Assembly: GCF_006345805.1 (NCBI RefSeq)
Contig: NW_021829713.1
Coordinates: 1-5,998, forward strand
Reading direction: 5' to 3'
Source: Octopus sinensis
Lineage: Eukaryota
DNA: 5,998 nucleotides
The notes under the pieces: model-generated
Databases searched by the model: none
What the model saw: the letters and a program-made list of their open reading frames with translations, nothing else
What the model was told of the DNA's origin: nothing
Made by a program: the position numbers and the translations under genes
Shown here: positions 1 to 5,757 of the stretch, one piece after another
Layout: each line of letters opens with the position of its first letter
How positions within the stretch are numbered: position 1 is the first letter of the stretch

Positions 1-313
1 CAAACGTTATGGATGAATAATATCCAGAAGAAAAAAAAGATAAAATAAAGGATCTGTCAATCCTTAATGAAACTAGTAAACAATCAGCACTACTAAGCAA
101 CAAGAGGAGAAGATACATACGACGCAAATACAAAATTACAGAAGGTATACCTGAAATAAAAGAACGGCTAAAGCAAGATATCTTCGCCTAAGCGCAAAGA
201 CTCCACCAGTATGTCAAACGCCAACGCTTCTTGGAACAAAACGAACAGTTCAACTCCAAGCTCTACCAAGAACTTGGCAAAAATAAAATAGAGATCAATG
301 CAACACCACCAGC
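1..313 (+). mobile_element. Decayed non-LTR retrotransposon (R4/Dong-like clade) ORF fragment, part 1, upstream of the RT domain
   Basis: Manual translation: QTLWMNNIQKKK (frame 1), frameshift, then frame 3 KDLSILNETSKQSALLSNKRRRYIRRKYKITEGIPEIKERLKQDIFA*AQRLHQYVKRQRFLEQNEQFNSKLYQELGKNKIEINATPPA with a TAA at 189-191. The W...IQ.K...KDLS.L and AKAQRL..Y.KR....QN..F....Y.EL pattern resembles the pre-RT region of R4/Dong elements (recognition from memory). The element probably starts left of the window. Confidence 0.75.
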
Positions 314-317
314 AAGT

Positions 318-680
318 GGAGGCGCAATGGCCCAATGTTTAGGGCAGCAGACTCGCAGTCGGAGGATCGCGGTTTCGATTCCCAGACCGGGCGTTGTGTG
401 TGTTTATTGAGCGAAAACAGCTAAAAGCTCCACGTGGCTCCGGCAGGGGGTGGTGGCGACCCCTGTTGTACTCATTCGCTTCAACTTTCTCTCACTCTTT
501 CTTCCTGTTTCTTGTCCCCGACTTCCTACGCAACCGCTGAACCTGGATGCGCATTCATCCATCCGTCGATGCTCTCGGTGTCGGGGGTTGACCTGCTCTC
601 TCTTCTGCGGGTCTTACGAATAGCAAAGGACCTCGGTTCGGACTTCTCCCACTACATGGGACGAAGACCGCTACGCTCAA
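318..680 (+). mobile_element. tRNA-derived SINE (head type A, tail type 1), apparently full length, inserted in the LINE
   Basis: Starts GGAGGCGCAATGGCCCAATGTTTAG (A-box-like, 328-338) with B box GTTTCGATTCC at 372-382. Segments 318-372 and 444-~510 are homologous to the minus-strand copy at 3755-3968. Flanked by CAACACCACCAGC (301-313) and CAGCACCACCAGC (681-693). The LINE reading frame resumes after it. Confidence 0.88.
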
Positions 681-1048
681 CAGCACCACCAGCTGAAGAA
701 GTGGAAGTATTTTGGGAAGAAATACGGTCGTCAAAGGAACAACCTGAAAAATAGATCTATCAAAATAACAAACATACCATCTGAATAATTCTGAACTCCT
801 ATAACAACTGAAGGGGTCACCTAGGCACTGCAAACACTACGAAACTGCAGGGCACCTGTGCACGACAAGATCCCCAACTTCTGGTTAAAATATCTAACAG
901 GAACACATAAAAAGCTGAAAGAGAAATTAATGAAATGCTAGAAGAGTCAGAGACAATGCCTGAATGGTTCACAGATGGTGAAACTATCCTAATTCTCAGA
1001 TCCACTGAAACGGCAAACCCACAAAGTTACAGACCAATGACTTATCTG
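681..1048 (+). mobile_element. Decayed non-LTR retrotransposon (R4/Dong-like) ORF fragment, part 2, N-terminal part of the reverse transcriptase
   Basis: Translation across two frameshifts and several stops: APPAEEVEVFWEEIRSSKEQPE / ...TPITTEGVT*ALQTLRNCRAPVHDKIPNFWLKYLTGTHKKLKEK / NEMLEESETMPEWFTDGETILILRSTETANPQSYRPMTYL. NCRAPVHDKIPNFWLK (843-890) matches the non-LTR RT domain-0 motif (nWKAPG.D.i.nfWlK). YRPMTYL (1028-1048) matches YRPITCL. Homology stops at ~1048. Confidence 0.85.
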
Positions 1049-1166
1049 GGAGATATCTTATGGTAGAGGAATAGTATTTAACTGCTATTTCTAAATTTCG
1101 GTATGTGGTGAAGCAATTTTGCTGAACCCTAATTATAATTATGCTTATAATTATAGAACTTCTGAG

Positions 1167-1175
1167 TATATATAC

Positions 1176-1216
<41 letters not shown>

Positions 1217-1249
1217 GTATGTATGTATATATATATGTGTGTGTGTATG

Positions 1250-1292
<43 letters not shown>

Positions 1293-1318
1293 TGTGTGAG
1301 TGTGTGTGTGTGTGTATA
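1167..1318. repeat. Compound microsatellite, (TA)n followed by (TG)n
   Basis: Directly visible dinucleotide runs with a few interruptions. Confidence 0.98.
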
Positions 1319-1367
1319 CAGTTTTAATTTCAATCTTACATCTGTTTTGAACATGTGAATATAGATC

Positions 1368-1449
1368 TTGGCGGAATTCGAACTGAGAACATTAACAGCC
1401 GGAAGAAATGCTGTTAAGTACTTCGTCCGGTTGTTTACATTCTGAGTTC
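1368..1449 (-). mobile_element. Fragment of SINE type B head (minus strand) with a short fold-back copy
   Basis: TTGGCGGAATTCGAACTGAGAACATTAACAGCCGGAAGAAATGCTGTTAAG aligns with CTCGGCGGAATTTGAACTCAGAACGTAACAGCAGACGAAATAC (1988-2030). 1426-1449 is an inverted copy of 1380-1403 (19/24 identity). Confidence 0.7.
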
Positions 1450-1475
1450 TCGTCGCCTTCACACGAGGTAAATAA

Positions 1476-1594
1476 GACGATGAGCTGGTAGAATCACTAG
1501 CAGGTTGGACAAAAGGCCAAGTGACATTTCTTCTGTCTTTACGTTCTGAGTTCAAATCCCGCCGAGGTCGACTGTGCCTTTCATCCTTTCGGGG
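1476..1594 (+). mobile_element. tRNA-derived SINE type B, 5' half, 3'-truncated
   Basis: GACGATGAGCTGGTAGAATC...TTACGTTCTGAGTTCAAATCCCGCCGAGGTCGACTGTGCCTTTCATCCTTTCGGGG matches the reverse complement of the copy ending at 2262. A box TGGTAGAATC, B box GAGTTCAAATCC. Ends abruptly at CGGGG, where the next SINE abuts. Confidence 0.9.
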
Positions 1595-1812
1595 ATAGGG
1601 CCGGTTTCCTGGATCCTGTGGTATATATATTACCCGCTAGAGAGGGGCACCAATCCATCGCAGGATTACTCATTTTTGCCAGCTGAGTGGACTGGAATAA
1701 GGTGAAATGAAGTGTCTTGTTCAAGAACACAATGCATCGCTTCGTTCGTAAATTGAAACCACAATCTTACGATCATGAATACAACACTCCAACCACTAAG
1801 TCAGGCACATCC
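1595..1812 (-). mobile_element. tRNA-derived SINE with CORE-like central domain (type D)
   Basis: Minus strand reads GGATGTGCCTGACTTAGTGGTTGGAG (A-box-like), then TGTGGTTTCAATTT (degenerate B box), then GTGTTCTTGAACAAGACACTTCATTTCACCTTATTCCAGTCCACTCAGCTGGCAAAAATGAGTA (plus 1668-1730). That segment resembles the CORE domain consensus (GTG.CCTTG.GCAAG.CACTT...CAG.....C.CAGCTG..AA ATG). CORE-SINEs are known from octopus. Confidence 0.75.
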
Positions 1813-1847
1813 GCCACCTGTTATTGGAGGAGTTGCTAGTAATTATA

Positions 1848-2031
1848 TATTTCTTTACTACCCACAAGGGGCTAAACACAGAGGGGACAAACAAGGACAG
1901 ACAATGGGATTAAGTCGATTATATCGACCCCAGTGCATAACTGGTACTTAATTTATCGACCCCGAAAGGATGAAAGGCAAAGTCGACCTCGGCGGAATTT
2001 GAACTCAGAACGTAACAGCAGACGAAATACC
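1848..2031 (-). mobile_element. SINE type B, 5'-truncated second unit of a head-to-tail dimer (184 bp unit)
   Basis: 1848-2030 versus 2032-2214: 10 substitutions in 183 nt and no indels by manual alignment. Lacks the first ~48 nt, including the A box. Confidence 0.93.
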
Positions 2032-2262
2032 TATTTCTTTACTACCCACAAGGGGCTAAACACAGAGAGGACAAACAAGGACAGACAAACGGATAAAGTC
2101 GATTATATCGATCCCAGTGCGTAACTGGTACTTAATTTGTCGACCCCGAAAGGATGAAAGGCAAAGTCGATCTCGGCGAAATTTGAACTCAAAACGTAAC
2201 AGCAGACGAAATACTGCTAAGCATTTCGCCTGGAGTGCTAACGATTCTGCCAGCTCGCCGCC
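2032..2262 (-). mobile_element. tRNA-derived SINE type B, full length
   Basis: Minus strand starts GGCGGCGAGCTGGCAGAATCG (A box, plus 2242-2252) with B box GAGTTCAAATT (plus 2180-2190). The central GCCTTTCATCCTTTCGGGGTCGA.AAATTAAGTACCAG motif is shared with 1476-1594. Ends GTAGTAAAGAAATA. Confidence 0.93.
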
Positions 2263-2470
2263 TTTATGATGAGCAATATACCTGAAACAAGAAGTACTGG
2301 AATTAGCGCTGGATTAACCATTAAGCAAATTAAGCACGTGGAAGTGGTGATCCACAGAAATGGTAGATAATTTATGGCATAAACGGTATCACTTTAAACT
2401 TGCTAAAATAATATTCGAAGTTGTTTAATTGATCGGAAATATAGTTGCGAAGTTTTCGTAGTGTCATAGT

Positions 2471-2982
2471 GAGGATCCGACCAAATACTTCGCAAATAAA
2501 ACAAAATAGAAAATTTTCAAATGTAAAGTGGAAGTATACAAAAATAAACATTATTCTTAGTTTTGTTTCATTTTGAAAAATGAAAATTTATTTCCTAGTT
2601 TATTATTGCTTGTATTACGAATTGCATATATATGAGAGTACCAAATTCTTTTAAATGCTTATGGGTCTTAATCTAGCTCTGGTAATAACGCTATCGCATG
2701 ACAAATTCCTAATCCCTCCTTAGCATAGAAGTAGATGTATTACGTAGCATTAATTTTGAGGATCTGGTCAAAGAATTTGCAGTTTAAAAAAATGGTAAAA
2801 CTTTTCAAATATAAATAAGTATACAAAAATAAACATTATTCTTTTTTTTCTTCTTTTTTTTGTTTGTTTCATTTTGGAAAAAGAAAATTTATTTTTTGAT
2901 TTATTATTGTTTATATTTCGAATTAAATGTATACGGTGGCACCAAAATCTGTAAGTATTTAGGACTTCTTTGGATCTTAATC
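2471..2982 (+). repeat. Diverged direct duplication: copy 1 ~2471-2673, copy 2 ~2758-2982
   Basis: Colinear anchors: GAGGATC (2471/2758), TTTTCAAAT, exact 27-mer AAGTATACAAAAATAAACATTATTCTT (2532-2558 / 2817-2843), TTTGTTTCATTTTG, GAAAATTTATTT, TTTATTATTG, CGAATT, ACCAAA and TCTTAATC (2666-2673 / 2975-2982). Confidence 0.9.
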
Positions 2983-3256
2983 CGGTCCTCACTGGATGCT
3001 CTGATGGTATGATGGTATGATTAAGGCAATAATGTCTTTGATTACGGCTCTACTCAGTGATGACTGTACTAGGGCTATAACTATCAATACGAAAGATACC
3101 CTTTCTAAGGTGGAGAGGACGAGGAAGCTTATATGTGGTCCTTCGCCCAGCTAGAAAAAACAACCGAATCACCTCCAAACCGCAACTGATTTATTTGGGA
3201 CAAGATAACACATTGGATAAGTCATTCCGCTACATTTTTTTTTAATATGTTTAGAA

Positions 3257-3460
3257 TTGTGTTCGCCATTGGACTGCACCCATGATGTGGTACGACCTCA
3301 GAATGTCTCAGTTGAACAAATCGACTACAATACTTGTATACCTCAAAGTCTGAGACTAATTTTACCGCTCTCTGTTGTCGAACCACTAAGTTACGGAAGC
3401 GTTAACAAACCAACACAAAGACACACAAACATATGCATACACACGAAATATACACACACA
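3257..3460 (-). mobile_element. Diverged 3' part of a SINE (type C) with internal CA-rich tract
   Basis: GAACAAATCGAC...GTCGAACCACTAAGTTACGGAAGCGTTAACAAACCAACAC resembles, from memory, the reverse complement of the 3' half of a common octopus SINE. Its terminal part is weakly similar to 3562-3600 in the opposite orientation. Not verified by search. Confidence 0.5.
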
Positions 3461-3561
3461 AACGAATGGTCACAATAAGCCAATATCAAAGCAGGAGACT
3501 CAAAAGAGGAAAGCAAAAGTCAATCACGTAAGATTCGCCAGTGAAAATGGGATTACCCTGT

Positions 3562-3618
3562 CGGTGCCGTAGTATGGCCACAACCTTGGGGCTGAAATGT
3601 GTGAAAGAATAAAAGAAT
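3562..3618 (+). mobile_element. Short 3'-terminal fragment of SINE type C
   Basis: CGGTGCCGTAGTATGGCCACAACC...GCTGAAATGTGTGAAAGAATAAAAGAATA ends in an (AAAGAAT)-type tail running into (TA)n. Family assignment is from memory. Confidence 0.5.
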
Positions 3619-3667
3619 ATATATATATTATATATATATTTATAATATATATATATTATATATATAT

Positions 3668-3703
<36 letters not shown>

Positions 3704-3756
3704 CATGTGTGTGTATGTATATGTATATATAATATATATTATATATATATATATAT
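3617..3756. repeat. Interrupted (TA)n microsatellite with short TG block
   Basis: Directly visible. Confidence 0.97.
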
Positions 3757-3967
3757 CACCGTGACCGACCATCGCTAGTCACGATGCGCTTCGCATTGTT
3801 TTAGCCTTTGAATGACGCCACCCCAACCCCGGGCTAAGCAAGCAGGCCAACAGAAGGAACAGTGAGAGAAAGTTGTGGCGAAAGAGTACTGCAGGGATTG
3901 CCACCAACCCCTGCCGCGATCCTACAACCGTGAGTCTGCCTCCCTAACCACTGGGCCATTGCACCTC

Positions 3968-3968
<1 letters not shown>
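3755..3968 (-). mobile_element. tRNA-derived SINE (head type A, tail type 2) with two internal deletions
   Basis: Minus strand starts GGAGGTGCAATGGCCCAGTGGTTAGGG (A box), homologous to 318-345. It lacks the 71 nt equivalent to 373-443, including the B box. The tail 3755-3850 is homologous to 4003-4118 but lacks 22 nt present there. Confidence 0.9.

Positions 3969-4002
<34 letters not shown>
3969..4002. repeat. (AC)n(AT)n compound microsatellite
   Basis: Directly visible; separates two SINE copies. Confidence 0.95.
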
Positions 4003-4114
4003 GACCGTGACTGTGACCGACCAGGCTATCAGATGCTGCTACACATCGCTGGTCACAATGTGCTTCGCATTGTTTTAGCCTTAAATGGCGCCACCCGCTG
4101 GCTAAGCGAGCAGG

Positions 4115-4118
<4 letters not shown>
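4003..4118 (-). mobile_element. SINE tail type 2 only (no tRNA head)
   Basis: Homologous to 3755-3850 (GTGACCGACCA...TTCGCATTGTTTTAGCCTT...GGCTAAGC.AGCAGGCCAA). Ends in imperfect 6-nt repeats (GACCGT/GACTGT/GACCGA). Confidence 0.88.

Positions 4119-4162
<44 letters not shown>
4119..4162. repeat. (TA)22 perfect microsatellite
   Basis: Directly visible. Confidence 0.97.
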
Positions 4163-4166
<4 letters not shown>

Positions 4167-4374
4167 CCTAGTATATAAGGTTTTATTTAATATACATCTA
4201 GTCATATACTTCTCATTTATTTAACTTTTCCTTAATTTAACCCTCCTCTTTCTATAGGCTACCTCTGACGTTATATCTTATAAAGTTTTTTGAAACAATA
4301 TTAATAGCGTTCAGTAAATCACTATACATGTCCATCATTTTTTGCTAAAGTGTCTTATTGACGAGTTTCGTTTC

Positions 4375-4468
4375 TTCACTTCCCTGAAGAGAAGATTACA
4401 TTGTTTTGCACCATTTTATTCCTTTGGAATAATATCAGTGATATCTTCGAAACATGTGTCGGAATGAA
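4375..4468 (+). ncRNA. Type I hammerhead ribozyme motif (self-cleaving RNA), predicted cleavage after GUC at 4460
   Basis: Core CTGAAGA (4384-4390) and GAAA (4449-4452), cleavage triplet GTC (4458-4460). Stem I: TTCC 4380-4383 / GGAA 4461-4464, extended by TTCA 4375-4378 / TGAA 4465-4468. Stem II: GAAGAT 4391-4396 / ATCTTC 4443-4448, opening with the conserved G-C pair. Stem III: AC 4452-4453 / GT 4458-4459. All conserved core nucleotides are present with correct adjacency. Confidence 0.85.
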
Positions 4469-4705
4469 AAGTATTTGAAATACACCTGCGTTAAAATCCA
4501 TTTATATGTATGTATATAAATATATATATATATATTTTTTAGTGCCTTATTATCTAACACACTCGCCGGTAAAATTTCCACTTATTTCTTATTTTTTATT
4601 TTCTAAAATACTAAAAGAGAATGACTCTCCCCAGACACAACAGAATATGCTTCAACACACGAACTCATATAAAGAATCTTGCAAAACCAAATCGCAAACT
4701 GAAAT

Positions 4706-4802
4706 ACATATATATATATATATATATATATGTACATTAATATATATATGTATATATAATAAATATATTATATATATAATATATATATATATATATAATA
4801 TA
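4706..4802. repeat. Interrupted (TA)n microsatellite
   Basis: Directly visible. Confidence 0.95.
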
Positions 4803-4992
4803 TCGGAAGGTTTGGAGATGATGTACAGGTATTATATATTAGAAAAATTGAGGTAATCAGATCAGATGGTTCATATTTGTAGATATTTATTTATATATTA
4901 CATTTTTTACATATATATCATATCATTCGGATATTTTTATTATTATTATTTTTATTTTCCCTTTCTCTTTTTGTCTCTCTCCCCTTCTCCAA

Positions 4993-5092
4993 ACACACAG
5001 ACACACACACACACATCATACACCCACACACACACACACACACACACACAAAAACACACACAGACACACAGAGACACCCCACAGACACACCT
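4993..5092. repeat. Imperfect (CA)n microsatellite inside the inverted-repeat spacer
   Basis: Directly visible. Confidence 0.93.
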
Positions 5093-5254
5093 CCACAGAA
5101 TGATCATAGAAAGTGTGACCCCAAATGACATTTGCCAGGCCAACCTATGCACAACCACACTCAGTGACATTGAAATGGACAGCCAAAGTTCTTATAAAAC
5201 CACAGGGGGTCCAGCAGACCACGGAATACACTTCTCACTCTCAGATATAAATGC

Positions 5255-5273
5255 ACACACACACACACACACG

Positions 5274-5307
<34 letters not shown>

Positions 5308-5310
5308 ACA
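5255..5310. repeat. (CA)n microsatellite inside the inverted-repeat spacer
   Basis: Directly visible. Confidence 0.95.
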
Positions 5311-5513
5311 TATTTTCTCTCTGCCTCACTTCCTCCTCAACCACTACTACGAAACTATAAAAAGGTTCAAACTACCACAACTGATTTGATTGAAAACCCA
5401 CTAGAATGGGAGCAAGCGCTAATCCGAATGATATGATATATATGTAAAAATGTAATATATAAATAAATATCTACAAATATGAACCATCTGATCTGATTAC
5501 CTCAATTTTTCTA

Positions 5514-5542
5514 ATATATATATATATATACATATACATATA

Positions 5543-5581
<39 letters not shown>

Positions 5582-5596
5582 TATATATGTATATTT

Positions 5597-5627
<31 letters not shown>

Positions 5628-5636
5628 ATATATATA

Positions 5637-5673
<37 letters not shown>

Positions 5674-5681
5674 TATATATT

Positions 5682-5729
<48 letters not shown>

Positions 5730-5757
5730 TATATATATAATATATATATATATATAA
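5514..5757. repeat. Long interrupted (TA)n microsatellite (~240 bp)
   Basis: Directly visible; begins at the outer end of the right inverted-repeat arm. Confidence 0.97.

Larger units (their letters stand above)
4833..5520. repeat. Long inverted repeat pair (arms 4833-4932 and 5422-5520) around a 489 bp spacer; candidate non-autonomous DNA transposon or fold-back element
   Basis: Base-by-base comparison: the reverse complement of 5422-5520 (99 nt) equals 4833-4932 (100 nt) except for one extra T in a T run (T6 vs T5). The inverted repeat is certain; the transposon interpretation is inference. Confidence 0.9.

Noticed and set aside
318-392. tRNA genes at the SINE heads (also 2180-2262, 3915-3968, 5860-5936)
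   Set aside because: A and B boxes are present, but there is no complete cloverleaf or acceptor stem, and each continues into a SINE body.
514-632. HDV-like ribozyme in SINE tail 1 (P1-like GTCCCCG/CGGGGGT with G-U at position 1, P4-like 590-613, CGAA at 617-620)
   Set aside because: I could not build canonical P2, P3 and P1.1 with correct adjacency. An HDV-like descriptor search on the family consensus would settle it.
688-732. Second hammerhead candidate (CTGAAGA 693-699 ... GAAA ... GTC)
   Set aside because: No stem I or stem II pairing; the sequence is LINE coding DNA (AEEVEVFWEEI).
434-1005. ORFs 434-754 (+), 555-833 (-) and 817-1005 (-)
   Set aside because: The first is SINE sequence running into a short in-frame piece of the dead LINE; the other two are antisense shadows. 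None has a credible start or a product of its own.
1848-2215. CRISPR-like or retrozyme interpretation of the 184 bp tandem unit
   Set aside because: There are only two units with no repeat-spacer alternation, and no hammerhead core on either strand of the unit.
3057-3189. C/D box snoRNA (GTGATGA at 3057-3063, CTGA at 3186-3189; also ATGATGA...CTGA near 2266-2285)
   Set aside because: No terminal stem and no recognisable guide; the second pair is far too close together. Such motifs are expected by chance.
3000-3230. Possible degenerate fragments of another octopus interspersed repeat (GCTAGAAAAAACAACCGAATC...ACACATTGGATAA)
   Set aside because: Only a vague resemblance from memory and no second convincing copy in the window; needs a Dfam/Repbase search.
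5341-5436. hAT transposase dimerisation-domain remnant (DLIENPLEW) in the inverted-repeat spacer
   Set aside because: Only a three- to four-residue resemblance and no other transposase motif, so it cannot be used to assign the inverted-repeat element.
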